From Psammoneis japonica (taxonomy: Eukaryota): 64,000 nucleotides of DNA. The DNA is taken from contig QPGO01000232.1 in NCBI GenBank assembly GCA_008632985.1, forward strand, positions 1 through 64,000, in the 5' to 3' direction. Below the pieces are notes generated by a model that worked only from the letters and a program-made list of their open reading frames with translations, searched no databases and was not told the origin of the DNA. Both the position numbers and the translations under genes were made by a program. Positions 39,273 to 52,645 of this stretch are shown here, one piece after another (positions within the stretch are counted from its first letter, which is position 1; each line of letters starts with the position of its first letter).

Positions 39273-42200
39273 ATGAGAAAAATTCTCTCACAAAAAAAAC
39301 CCACGAGAGAGAAAAGCACAATCTCCACTGGTGCTTCGATGATGACGGACGCAACGGAAGAATCTGCTCCAACAAAAGAGGCCGAAGAGCGGCAGCTGCA
39401 TCCTTTCTTTAGAAACATGGGCACTCAATCCCAGAAACGCAAAGGCTCCGTCAAAACGAGCAAAAGCCAAGCGCACACACGCCAGAAGCGGACGCATCAG
39501 AGCGATTTTAGTGGGCGCAAGGTGGCAAGAGTAGACGACGGAACGAAGAAATGCAAGAGATGTGAGAGAGGTCCTACATGTCATCATGGCCATGATCCCA
39601 CATGTGAATTTTCAAAAAGGCACTCGCAAGTGAACGTCACCAAAGCTGCCATGGATGCAGAGCGACGCGACAAAGAGCTGCACGAAGCGAACAACACGAT
39701 TCCGGCTGCCCCAGTTGAGGGAGTTTCGACCACACGAGACCATTTTGGAACACAGAGACCTGAAGCTCGCGTCATGTTGCCTCCTCCAGGTGTTTCCAAT
39801 GTTTGCAAGCCGGTGAATTCGGGGGTGGCTGGTGCTGCAGGCCCCGTGGAGTACACTGGTGACACTTGCAAGGCGGCCGCCATTACAAAATTTTTGGTTG
39901 AGACTTTGAAACAAGAGATTCGAGCAAGAGTAAAAAAATGCGAGAACTCCGAGGAGAGGACGAAGTGCCCGGCTGCAGCAAGTGCTCTCATCAGCTGTCT
40001 GTTGGACTCTGTCAAGCCCAGATTCGAGCACGGCAGCAACAAGTGTCCTGTGGCTACAGCAAAAAGCATTGAGCTCAACGAGATGCTGGAGCTCAAGGAT
40101 GAAACTTTTCCTCCTGGCACAATGTCATTTGAAGTTCCAAAGGATGACTGCACATTGCCACCTGATTGTTGCTGCCATCAGCTGCAAGGTGTGACAATGC
40201 ACATTGTTTGTTGGGAGCTGAATTGTCCCAACATCTACATCCCCTGCATTGACGGAGAGTGCGACGGTGAAATGACTCATGACCGCATGGACTTTGCTTG
40301 ATGCGGTGGGGCGACGCCAACATGTTGCATCAGCAGGAAGACGCACATGGCGGTGTCAATGTGGTGCGAATGCAATCAATGCAAAATTCGATGCAAGGGC
40401 AACGACGGTCGACTGCTGCACAAGCTGCCAAAAAGCCTGCAGTCAGCACATCCAACGTTGCCCAAGCATGCCAGTGCAACCAACAAGTGGCATCTCACCA
40501 AGGAAACTACAAGACTCCTTGAGTCCATTGTTGTCACGTACGCAGGCGGGGACAAGTTCTCGCACATGCTGCGCCAAATGCGAGCAGACCACTTCAAGGA
40601 CCTCCAGAAAGAATGATGCGACCGAGCCATGGACAAAACCGAAGACTGGGTGTCTTTTGAGGATTGGATGGGCGGGCACAGTCCATCAGGCTCTGCACTT
40701 CTCGATCTTCATGACGAAAGCGGCAAATCAAAATTGACAGCTCTGGCCACGTCCTCGCATGACAGGTGCACGAGATTGACACAGATGGTTGGAGCCGCCG
40801 TGAGTGTCGCATCCGATCACACTTTTCAGATTCTCAAAAACTGCTCAAAGAAAGCAGGTGGAGCAGCTGGCCTGTTCACCATGTGCAATGAAAAGGGGCA
40901 GGCAGGAACCGCTTGCCTGGCCCCAACATTGGAAGCAAAAGATTTTGCTCACGCGGCAGAACAGTTTGCCAGGCGAAAAAACGTATGACCGAAAATCCAC
41001 TGCAGTGACACCTGGCCGCACAAGTCGCAGCTGTGGAAGACACTCTAAACAACAAAAAGCATTCTGACGAGGAGACACAAGATGTCATCCACTCTTCAAG
41101 GTGGAAGCACTGCCAGGAACACATTCATCTCTGGAGGCACCCGCTGGAGAAAAGGCTCACTTTGCTTGAGGATTGGTTTGCTCGACACAAGTGCACTGCC
41201 TCCGACGGAGCCCCCGCTGCCGGAGGACGGCTAGATCCAGACAGTGGACTAACACTGTTTGCAACCGACACAAAGGATGCAATTTTGAATGCAAAAGAAA
41301 CCTCTGAGGGATTGGACACTCCAGTGCCGAAGTCGGAGCAGCACTGGCCAGTGGCGCCGTCCCTGCGGTCGAAAGCAAAACTGGCAAAGTGGCGAACGCT
41401 GCTAGGACCAGAATCCAAATTGGAGAAGGCACAAGATTCACTGGCACATTGTGGAAATTGCGGAATGAGACATTCATTGATGGACTTGCTTGCGTTGGAA
41501 GGATTAGCTTTGCACAATGAAACAATCGAAGAGAAGGAGCAAATCGAGAAAATGGATGCAACGGTGCGAGCCAAGATTCCGTGCGACTTTCGGGGCGTGG
41601 TCACTCATCGGAATGTGCTTGATCTAATTGAAATCAATGACCTTGCAACAAAAATGGGGAAGAAAGCGCCATGTCCGAATGCAAGGGAACTTGAGGAGGA
41701 CACCGGCGAGCGTTTCTTGTCCAAGCACCTGCTGGAGCAGAATGCAAGAAATGAAACGATTGCTCCACACCCCGAGACAGATCGATGCATGTGCAATCTC
41801 TGTGGGACGAAACCGGTGCAAAATCCACACAAGCGAACAACAAGATCAGAAGTTGGAAACCGTGACGATGGGGAAACTGCAGCAGCACCAACCGTTGAAC
41901 CAACAAGCGGCATTGTCGAAATTGCGATGGCTCCCGAGGTGACGGTTGAACCTGTGTGCATGGATGCCACTCCATTGCCCAATGCAGCCCAATGCAGCTC
42001 ACGTTCAAGTCGAGGAGCAGTTCAACATGTTGCAAGCCATGAGAAGCACCCTCTCGCAACAGCTTGCTTTTGCATCGAGCATGAGTGCAGCCCTCCCATC
42101 TGTTCCACATCAAGTGCAACCGGCTCTTTCAACTCTTAATGATCCAATGCGAGATCAAAGGAAGCGAGACATTGATCCGCACTGTTGTCCTGCTTTCCTA

Positions 42201-42335
42201 CAATGCAAGCTGCAGCAAAGCTACAGCGTGACGGGGTGCCGACCAAGAGGTCGACCAGCGCATTCTAAGGATTGCCCAAAGAGACAGCAGTCAAGAAGGC
42301 AGATGTCATCATTGCCAGGTACATTTTGTGCATGA
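39273..42335 (+). mobile_element. Decayed DNA transposase, Zisupton/KDZ (DUF6729)-like
   Basis: Cys/His clusters, then VASDHTFQILKN, LFTMCNEKGQ, IHCSDTWP, ESKLEK; in-frame TGA stops; Tyr largely lost. Confidence 0.5.
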
Positions 42336-45300
42336 GTTTTTGATTCACTATTTCATTTCAACGCTGCCGATTCCTGCACTCCAACAGTGTCAACAACCTT
42401 TGTTTTTAGCCGGGTTCGCAAGAGTTGCAGCAGTCGCAACAACAGCAGCAGTCACAAGAGTTGCAGCAGTGGTCGTAAGAGCTGAAGCAGCCGTCGTTCT
42501 TGCGTGCCCTGTGGAACACGCTGTCAATGACTGAAGTCAGAAACAATGCCACAGAGATGAGCTCTAGGACAAAAGCAACATTTGCAGTGCAACAGAACCA
42601 CGACCAGCTGCTCCAACACCGTAGACTCCCATGCTCCTGCACAACTGATCCAGTGCCACCTGCTCCCTGTGCCACCCAGCTGCAAAACTTCAACAATCCA
42701 AACCACCTTTGAGGGCAGGTGAACCCTGTCGCAACGGAGATTCGGGTCTGTGGCGATTGAAGGCACTCCCGTCCTTGGAAGTGCCAGTCAACGCCTTGCC
42801 GGGGAGCAACCCCTTGGCTCTCGTCAGCCGTCTCAATGTTCAGAGGTGGGGCCACATGAATGTCATTGCAGAAAAAAATTGCCGAGGCGCTGCTGCAGTC
42901 AGCAACCTCAGCAGTGGCCCGTGTTGTTTAAAGACGAGGGCAACCTCGTCTGCCGCTCACGCGCGGACTTTTCCAGCCAAAGTGGTAGATTGTAGATAAA
43001 AAAACGACACAAACCGCACCCACAATCAATGTGTGGCCATCAATCTCTTCAAGCAGCGTGTCAATGGCACCTGAGGCAGCGCCGCAAGCAGCGACACTGC
43101 AAAAATCCTGAAACGCCACCCCGATGACCAGCAAACCCTCATTGACGACTGGAGAAGAGTCGACTGGAACCACAACGATTGCAATGCAAAACATCAGCGC
43201 ACGAGACGCCATCAATGCTCAACACTGAAAGGAGGGCTCTTCAATCTGTCAAGAACAAACAGAAATTGCAACGCAAGAGTGAGAGACGAGTTCTAAAAAT
43301 GGCAAAAGTGCCAACGCATTTCTTGTCCATTTTTCACGTTTTTCACACCTCTCTTTTCGTGTGTTCGTTTGTCAGAGAGAGTTTTGGTGCGTGCTTTGTT
43401 GTCACGGCAGCATCACAAGTGACGGCGACAATTTGAACTGCCGGCTCTTGCAGCTGTCATGGTCGATTCTTTGTTTGGTGTCGGAGGGAAACTCCTGAAT
43501 TGCGTAGATTTCTACATAAAATTCACACTAGAGACACTTCAACACTGCAATGTCTCATCGGTGTGACCACGCCAAATTGCTTCAACATGCGAGCACCCGG
43601 AGATCTGACACATCGGGTGGTGAAAAGGGAGAAAGAAGTGAGGATCGCTCTTCAAACCACTTCCGCAATTTAGATCAAGCTCGCTGCCCTCGCAACCCCT
43701 TCCTCTCTCCTTCCTTTCTCTCCGCTTCCTCCTTCTTTCTCCTCTCCCCTCCCCCCCTCTCGTGGAGTCACTGACCCCCCCAAAATCAGCGTTGGAGGAG
43801 GCCTGAGATGAAGCGGGGGGGCTGAGTGCGCGAAAGCCGAAGCCACACTTTTTTCTTTTCTTTTTGAATCTCCTCATCTCTGTGACATGCACTGGACAGG
43901 TTGCAGCTTGGTTGTCACCACTGTGGCTCTTGTCAAGTGCACCGAGCACATGCCTCAAAGCACAGCTGGCAAAGGAGTTCATGCTGGCTGGCACAGCATG
44001 AATGATGTGTTCCAGCCGTGCATGAACAAAAAAGTGCAAAACAGAGTTTGCATGGTTGCCAACTTGGGGAATGAACTTGCAAACCCAAAACATTGTTTCA
44101 TTCACTCGCGAATGTTTGGGCACACTGACAAAACCCACTGGAGTGCAAACAAAAGAGCGGCTGCTCTTCATTTCCCATTTTCATTTTGCACTGAAATCAT
44201 CGCAACACAAAGGGTCATTGATCTGGAATTGGAATTTGCACTTGTCCTCATGATTGAACAAGTGCATAAAAACCCACTTTGAGATGACACATGCTCACTT
44301 TGAATCTGCATCTTCACAAATCTGACAGCTGTTTGAAAATGCCAGCAAGTTTGAAAGTGCAAATTGCTTGACGGATTGAACTGCCACAGAATTCTGCATG
44401 GAGCAACACTGGTTTTTTTGCACAACTTGCCATGGCAGTGTGTGGTGTGTGCTCATCTTTTGACAACTTCTTCCAACTTGAAGTGGACACCACATGTGTC
44501 ATGAAGGAAGTGACGAATTGTGGTTTCTTTCATGGCACAAAACAGACCTGTTGCATTCACAAGATTTTGAACACTTTTTTGCATCAAAAAAAGTTGACAC
44601 ACAAGGTTGCTAAAATGAATTTGCAATGCACAGAAATGACCCTGCAAGCTGATTTGTGTGTGGCTGATGCAATTGTGTTGTTTTCACATGCTGAAAACTT
44701 TGTGAGCAGGGGGCGAACTGGCCTGAGAAGAGGGTGCACAAACTTTGCAGTTGAAAGTTGCTGAAATCTCTGTGAGCCTGCAGCAATGAGAAGAGAAATA
44801 GAGCCTGCTAACTGGTTGAAATGTGGCAGCTCTGATGGCATTGTTTTTGTTGCCACAAGGAGAAAGCAGCTGGCTGACATTCATTGTCGTGTGGGCGTCG
44901 CTTTTCCGAGTTTGCTTTTTGTTGAGAAAACAGCTCCTTTGAGTGTGCTTTGCACACAAGCCTGGCTGCTTGCACACCCGTGCTGTCACAATTGGCTGCA
45001 TTGCTTTCTTGTTTTCTCAGCAGCTGCGTGTTGCCACACTTTTTTCCGGGGTGGCAGCCGCAAATGCCTTGCACAAGAAGGTGAGCTTTTGTTGCACTCC
45101 CGGCCCTGGCACAATTTCTGCACTTTGCCCAAAAAGCTGACAAGAGACAAGGTGCTCTGAAAGCTTCATGGAGACATCTGCCAAGCTGGACAATCCAGCA
45201 TTTGTCTTAAACAAAAATGACAAATTTCCAGCCTGGTTGGCTGCACTTCTGCTTCACAGCATGAAGTTGGCCTGGGCACACGTGTGTGCGCCAGCGCTTT

Positions 45301-45856
45301 CTGAAGCAAATTTTTGCTGTTTTCAATCACATCACCATTGGTGAATTGTTCCTTCTCTTGTAAGGCCATTGTCCATTTCACCACGAGGAAAGACTGCAAA
45401 GCGAAAGCTGCAATGTTGTCATGGGGAGACAACGAAACATCATTCACCTTCGCTCAAAACGCGCAACATTTTAACTTCTATTTTGTATCGGCTTTATTAC
45501 CTAAGTAATTCATGTATGATATCATACGAGTACAAATAAGAAATCATATTGTTTGAGCGGTAACCGTTACATTTTTGAAAAATATGACCTTCGGGATGGC
45601 AGACAAACAACTATTTTCGCGCCTTTTTTCGCAGAATTTTTCTGGTCGAAGTTTCGCACCATCTTATTCTCTCGCACAATCTTGCCTCATTTTTTCTTGA
45701 TGCTTTTGCTTCAAGGTTTCCGGTAGTTAGTAGAATCCAACAGGTGCGTGTCTCAGTCAGAACAAACATTCGAAACGTCCCTTTTGTTTAGTCTCACTTT
45801 CTGATCGTCTCTGCAACTTCTTCTCCTGTTTCATCGCGGCAGACAAGACTATCGAG

Positions 45857-46948
45857 ATGAAGCTCTTCACCCTCCTCGCAATCTTTGTTCCTACCGTTGT
45901 TGTTGGCTGGACACCTGATGGATGGGTTTGTGAAAGGAGGGAGCGGGAACTTGGTCTTTTCGATCAACTTGACGGGGATGAACTCGAACGTGTGAAAGAG
46001 TATGAGGAGAACAGGTACCAATTCCGCGCCTTGACAGAGTTGGACTATTGCGGGAGATTGGATCAGGAAGATACTACATTCAAGTGCTGCTGTAAGACTG
46101 ACAAACCTGATTGCTCTCCCGGCCCCTTTACTAAGATTTGGCTCTGGCTGAAGAAGGCCTGGGGCACATTGTTCAACAAAATGTCCAAGAGTGAGCGTCG
46201 CCGATACCTTCGTAAGTTGTTCTTTTACGAAGAGCCCGATAGATACATGAAGGGATCCTTTCGGCGTGAGTTACGCGCCAGGCCTCATGACGAGCCCAAC
46301 CTTGAAGGCTTGGAAACTACGGGCGAGTTGATTGCTGCAGATCCCGGGATCTGGTCAATTCCCAATTTTTTCGGTGAAGAGAATACAACGAGGCTGGAGA
46401 AGCTCGTGAACAAGTACGGAAATGACTTGGGCGCCTTCCGTCCATGTGAGTCCTTTCGCCACTCAGAACCACTGGAGGGCCAGACAGAGAAGAAGTGCTT
46501 TCACATGACTCCCGAGATCACCGTGAATCGCGAAGACAGGGATTTCATTACAAACATTATGGAAAAGATCAAGTCTGTATGGCCCGATCAGCACGGCTCT
46601 GATTACTTCGCGATCCAGCGAACCAATGGCGGATTTGGTCCCATGAGAGCCCACTTTGATGGATATGACGGCAAGTTTGTCTATGCTACTTTCTTGATTT
46701 ATCTTACGGACGGGGGAGCCGGCACGGTCTTTCCGCGCTTGGACCCAATGCGAATCATTACTCCCACAAAAGGAACTGCCGTCACGTGGCTCAACAGGCA
46801 CGAAACTGGCGTCATCAACCACTATGCCATCCATGGTGCACAAGCTTGTCCCTCTGGCTCAGGTGAACGTACCATCATGAACTTTCATTTCACGGACAGC
46901 GCTGAGGAATCAGTACCCACTGTTTGTGGGAGTAGGATAGTGTCATGA
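45857..46948 (+). CDS. Secreted prolyl-4-hydroxylase-like 2OG-Fe(II) oxygenase
   Basis: Signal peptide; HFD, ATFLIYL, GAGTVFP, PTKGTAVTW, AIHGA..C..G.R; intact 363-aa ORF. Confidence 0.8.
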   Translation: MKLFTLLAIFVPTVVVGWTPDGWVCERRERELGLFDQLDGDELERVKEYEENRYQFRALTELDYCGRLDQEDTTFKCCCKTDKPDCSPGPFTKIWLWLKKAWGTLFNKMSKSERRRYLRKLFFYEEPDRYMKGSFRRELRARPHDEPNLEGLETTGELIAADPGIWSIPNFFGEENTTRLEKLVNKYGNDLGAFRPCESFRHSEPLEGQTEKKCFHMTPEITVNREDRDFITNIMEKIKSVWPDQHGSDYFAIQRTNGGFGPMRAHFDGYDGKFVYATFLIYLTDGGAGTVFPRLDPMRIITPTKGTAVTWLNRHETGVINHYAIHGAQACPSGSGERTIMNFHFTDSAEESVPTVCGSRIVS

Positions 46949-47237
46949 AATGGTGTCGCATTTCAAGGATATATCAGCGACCTTTTAAAGAAGCGATGTT
47001 CACAACGATGTTTGGGGATTTATGCTGTTGTAGGCGGCTGCAGCAAATTCACGACATTGAAGTGCCTTCTAATTAGTAGCACATACTTTACATGTCTCCT
47101 TTTGCACAAGTACGCTCTTAACAACATGAGTTCCAATGCCTGATCGTATGGAGTGCAACAATTACAAGTTTACAGATACATCGATGGCAAGGACGAGGCA
47201 TAAAGAGGAAACGCTAGCGTTGAAAAAAAAGCACTCT

Positions 47238-48710
47238 CTAGTTGTTCAAAGCGAATACGTAGGCGGAACCAGAACTTTCTCCATTGACATCACGTAAACG
47301 CGCTCCAACTCCAACGACACGTCCGTCTGCCGATAGGGACACGGACCATCCAAAATAATCCCATTGATTCTTACCATGCAACGCATTTCCCACTGGATTC
47401 CATTCTGAAGAGTTGGTGTCGTACTGAAACATTGTCACTTGACCGGCTGCAGTTAACCGGTTGAATGCGAACAGGGCCCACAAATCGAAGAGCCAGGTGG
47501 GAAGGAGCACATCAAAGGTGAGAGGTCGACAGTTTGGAGGCAGTTGCTGCAAAATGTTCCTTGAAACAGATGACAAGAAGGACACAGACACTCAAGCCCA
47601 TCTTTGCAGGTTTTGCAAATGTTGTTGTATCCACTGCAAGTGTTCCCAAATTGGGGCCAACGACTTGCATCGGAGCTGCACTCAAACGCTTGCACATGAC
47701 CTGCACTGACTTTGCTGCTGTCATGCCGTTGCAACCCAGGGCAACAGACTTGCCAAATTCATCACCGCCACCACCTCCTGCCAGTTCTTGACCAATGTGG
47801 TTGCATTCTGGAGTGAATTCACTGAATCGACTCACTGGCACATGGCCAGGATTGGAAGACGAAGCCTGCTCTGCTCCCACTGCAACGAATGTTCCATCAT
47901 GAGATGAGGAAATGGAAGTTCCAAAATGATTGTCTGAAGCTTTGCCATGCAAGACCTGCCTGACAGCTTGCCAACTCCCTGGAATGACCTGCAGCGTTGG
48001 GGCAAATGTCGGCAAGTCAGCAGCACTGGGTCAGACCTTGTGTTTGTGGATGCAAGTGCCGCAGGAATGGCAATGGCAGCAACAATTGTCAGCAACACAC
48101 ATCCAAGTAAAACAGGGCAATTGTGACAAATCTTCCTTTCCTCTTCTTTGTGGTTGCTGGTTGTGTTGGAAACTTGTTGTGGGTCTTCTTCCCCTCGTCG
48201 ACATGGGCAAGGTTGGTTTTGTGCAAGCAGAGCGGCGCTTTGGTGCACTGCAATTTCTTGTCCAAATCCAGCTGTGTGCTTGTCCCCATTTTCTGTGGAT
48301 TCAGCCAATTGAGCTTCCACAAGAGGGGAGCTTGCATCATGGTTGAGTGGTTGTGTTGTCACCAGGGATCATCCAAGTGTGTTGCAGCAGTCTCCCAGTT
48401 GGACGAAACTGTCATGCTGGCATCATCGACACCACCCACTCATCCACAACGCACCATGCCTTGTTCATTTGCTGCACAAGCACCGGCTTGCATGGAGGAT
48501 GGCAGAGGATCTCCTTCAACTTGTTGTTGTTCAACCTTCTCTTCTTGTTGCTTTTCCTTGTTGTCTTGATGAGAGGCATTGATGGAATCAACAAGTGCGT
48601 CATTGTTCTTTGATTGTGCTTGTTCTTGTTGCATCTGTTCCAAGTCTCCTTCTTCTTCATTGCCAGCGATTTCCTTTGTGCGGCATTGCTGCCAGGGGGC
48701 AACTCATCTC
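47238..48710 (-). pseudogene. Rearranged FG-GAP paralog: 3' tip unmutated, remainder hypermutated
   Basis: 47238-47450 keeps Tyr (MFQYD, WDYFG, GSAYVF); 47620-48710 has LHGKASDNHFG, PGHV, AGACA and almost no TA or CG; internal deletion plus foreign insert. Confidence 0.8.
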
Positions 48711-50659
48711 ATGTTTCTTTTCAATGTGTCTGTGACTGATGATTCCAGATTGACAAGAACATCGCCATCATCATCTTCCACGCTTCCCCACACAGTGGAG
48801 GTAGACAGCACATTCAGACATGGTGCAATTGTGAATGCTGCACCCAAGAAATCTTTGGAAAGGCAAGAGGGCAGCTGGTGGTGATGTCAGCAACTGTCTG
48901 TCCATGTGCGATGATCCCTTGTTCTTCACCATGAGAATGAATGACCACCCAAATCTGTGAGGAGAATTGGACAAAGTGCAACAATGGTGCATTGTGTGAG
49001 GGAGAAAAACACTCAACTGTTGCATGACAGGTGCTTTTGCAATGACTCACCAAAATCAGAAATGGTTTGACCAGAACTGCAACGAAGTCCATCACATGCC
49101 CTTCAAAGCCATGTGACAAATGTGCCAAGCCAGGGAAAAAAGACATCCCAAGAACAAGTTCCAACACAATTAAAGGGAGGATTTGTGCACAAATGTGCTG
49201 GACACACATGCTTCTTCCAAGCCCACAAAGCACACCTTCATGATTGTGGCAGTTGGGTGCAGTCAAATTTAGTCAGCGTGTCCATTGCACAACAAAAGTC
49301 TGCACGTTCACCTCCAACTGCACTTGCACACTTGCTGCGCTGTTTTGTTGCTTGCAGCGCTGTTGCATCGCACATCATTTTCCACACAGTTGATTGTCAA
49401 ATCCATTTTCCAGGAAAGAATCTTCCAATTTTCTAGACATTCTCAACCAGTTCCCAGAACAATCAACCAGCTTCTTCAGCTTCTTCACTTGCCTGTGTTT
49501 TGTGCAGCACAAAACTGACATTTCAGCAGCATCAGAGTGCAACATGATGAGCCACTGTCTTGGATGACATTCCATGCCACCTGCAAATGATGCCAAATCA
49601 CACCACACAGAAGCTGTCAGAATGGATGTGGCTTCACTGCACATGTGACAGCAAAATGACAACAACAACAGCCGCAATGTGCTGTGATTCAGCTGGCCAG
49701 TTTTTGTCTCATTCTGCAAGTCACGTGGCACTCACACATGTGAAACCAAAACATGCACATGATGTGACCACATGGAGACAAAAACATGACTGAATTGTTC
49801 AATGTGAGGACTCTGATGACATGCAGCAAACAACGCAAATGACGGGTGCAGCTCATGGCCAAAACAAAAATTGTGAGTTTTCTGCACTCAAAAAATGCAC
49901 CGGAATCATGCGCAGTTTCCCCTGGTGCAAAGTTGCCACACTTGCATGGCATGACCAAACATTGTGCAAATGAGGTTTAGGCCTTTGGACACTGCGGGGC
50001 AATTTTTGGAAATGAGATGGGGCCCAGCACTCCACACATGTGCGCATGAACGATTGCATGCTTGGGCCAGGGGTGCACATGCTGCATCCTGCACAGAGTC
50101 TGCATGTTCTTGAATTGATCTCTGCCAAGCAAAAAATCAACTCCAAGAGTTTGGCCAAAGCCAAGCTGGTGAACAACAGCTGGCTTCTTTGAGTGCTCAT
50201 GACCATGAAGACATGCAAGCATGAAAATTGTTCTTCATCAAAACTTGAGCATTGACAACAAGAGGACAACTGCAACATCACGTGCAATGGAGGCATGTGC
50301 CCAAACCCATTTCATGGTGACAGGGAGCCATTGCAACACTCAATCTAGTCAATGATGTTTGCCAAATGCTCCACAGTGCACAAAACAATGTGAAAAATTG
50401 CAGAGATCAACAGAAAACATGTGATGCAAAAAATTGTTTGTGCTGTCATGTTCCCAACCCACTGCACGCAGCTGGCTCCAGGCACCCCATCAAACAATGG
50501 CCACTTTTGTGATTGGCGCAACAAACTCTGTCAGTCTTCAATTTTTCCAAAATCAATGTGTGGTTGTGCACAAAATGGTTGGGAAAGCAGAAAACATTCA
50601 AATCAGAAGCACCAAAGCTCACAACCTTACAAAGTGAAGAGCAGATGAACACATGACAG

Positions 50660-51300
50660 CATCGTCAATCACAAGCTGAGAAGAATTGAACAATCGCCAT
50701 TGTTGCAGTGGCCACATTTTGCATTGCACGACAAGGACATCACTTTCTGACCTGAAAAATGGTCAAAAAGAAGTTTGGTGACAGACGAGCCACACTTTGG
50801 GATGACACAAATGTGCCATGTGTGGACTCATTGGATGCCAATGTGGGTCATGCATTGTTTTCCCACTGCTGCAATGTTTGCATTGTGAAGGGTGCTGTCT
50901 TTCTTCAAACTTGTGGGTGGAAGGGGAACTGGGAGCTTTGGGGTGATGTCTGACTCTTGCTGTCAAGAGAATGCAGGGATGCTTGATCATCAAGAAGATT
51001 TTGTAAAAAAAAATGCACTGGTGCTCCAGATGCAGTGGTTTTGAATGTGCCAGACAAAGCATGCCAGACAACAATGGCGGCTTGGCATGAAGGCTGACAA
51101 ATGACAACGCAGCCTGATTTTGCAAGGAGTGGCTGGCGGCTCACTTCTCAACAAGTCAAGTGAGTTGGCACTGTTGCACCAACTTGATCCAGCAATGAAC
51201 ACACAGTTCATGTTTCCAAGCAGAGCAACCACACTGCACGTAGCCTCAGAAAGCATCAAAGTCCCACTCGATCAACAGGTGCATGACTTTTGCGTGGGGG
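50660..51300 (+). mobile_element. Decayed PIF/Harbinger-type DDE transposase
   Basis: WPHFA..D..W, WDDTNVP, KGAVFLQTCGW..WELW..VSDS, DKAC (DKGY-like), QPDFA, NEH(R)TV. Confidence 0.65.
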
Positions 51301-52645
51301 TTTCAAGCAAACTTCATGTGCAAGCCCATCCTTTAAAAATGACACTGGTGCCTAAAAGCATGGCAACCAAATGGTTCTTTACATGCTTTGCAAGATGATT
51401 GCAGCATGCTTTGGCTGGCCAGTGTCTTGCTGCAGGGCTCAACAAACTTCGTGTGCAAGCCTGTTCAACAAAAACAACACACCACAAAAACAATGCAAAA
51501 AGGCTCTCTGTGCTGCACTGTGGATGATTGCAACCATGCTTTAGCCAGCTTCATGCCAGCCAAGACATCTTTGGCACAGCGGCGCTGAGCACAATGCCTG
51601 CTTTGATTGTTTGCTCAGAGAGTGTTGCTGGTTCAGGGGGAAACCACAGCACTTGCTTTGCTTTCTTTGCCATGCTTCAAATGAGCTGTCTGGCTGTGCC
51701 TGCAGAGCACACTTTTTGCTTTCTGCAGGAATGGCACAAATCTGCCCCAAGTGCATGCATTTGCACTTGCCACCAAAACTGGTGAAGTTGCACCACCCAT
51801 GTGTGGAGCCATGTGGCACACTGCAACAATGCTGGCTCCCTGCAGTTAACTGCAAAACAGACAGAAGTGGGCAAGGCATGCAATGGTGCACTCAAGCCCC
51901 TTTCGTGATGACTCCAGTCAATTGATTGTGACACTGTTCAATGCAGTGAGTGGCATTGATTGTTGTTGACAGTGCACAAAATGGCTGAAACAAACACAGT
52001 GGATCAATGGGGCCATGATTGTTCTTCCCTTTCACTGATCTGATGGGCAAAGTGCAGTGGGTTGTTTGCCACACAAAAATTGTTCTTGTGTCACAGTGCC
52101 ACACATGACCAGAACCAACATTGCAGATTTAATGACAAAATTCATTTTTTCCCTTTTTTCTGTCACAAGGGGCCACTTTGAGTTCATGTGTCAGCATGTC
52201 AGCAGGTGTGGTCATTGCTCACATGGTGGATTTGCACATGGCCACTTTTTTCTGAGCATTTCATGAGCTTGCCTCTTGCAATGAAATTAAAACCTTTGTG
52301 TGTGCAAGGGTGTGCAAAAAGTGCACATTTTGCATCTTCATTGGAATGATGAATGCTCGCCAAAAGCTGAGAAACATGAGCTCTGGCAGGCAATGATGAA
52401 AAAATTGTTTGGCACTCAAAATGCATGGACAACCATGCTCTTCTGTTGTTTTCACCTGGAGCTGGAGCCATCCAGGCCACAAGGTGCCCGGACCAAAGCC
52501 CAGGGCAAAAGATAAAATGCATGCAGCCAAAGCAAGTGTGACACAAATTTGGCATGACAGACTCCATGTGTGAAGATGCGGCAAACCCCGTTGCGGGGGT
52601 GCCCCGCAGTGTCCAAAGGCCTGCTCGTCAAACAATGACAACAAA

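Noticed and set aside
40290..41000. In-frame TGA codons in the transposase relic as selenocysteine
   Set aside because: No redox motif or SECIS; better explained by CGA->TGA or other decay
42400..45450. Further decayed ORFs and ends of the Zisupton-like element
   Set aside because: TA-depleted and probably repeat-derived, but I found no convincing motifs, TIRs or TSD
47447..51850. CTGCAGTTAAC at 47447 and 51840 as element termini
   Set aside because: Only an 11-bp direct match with no TSD or extended similarity
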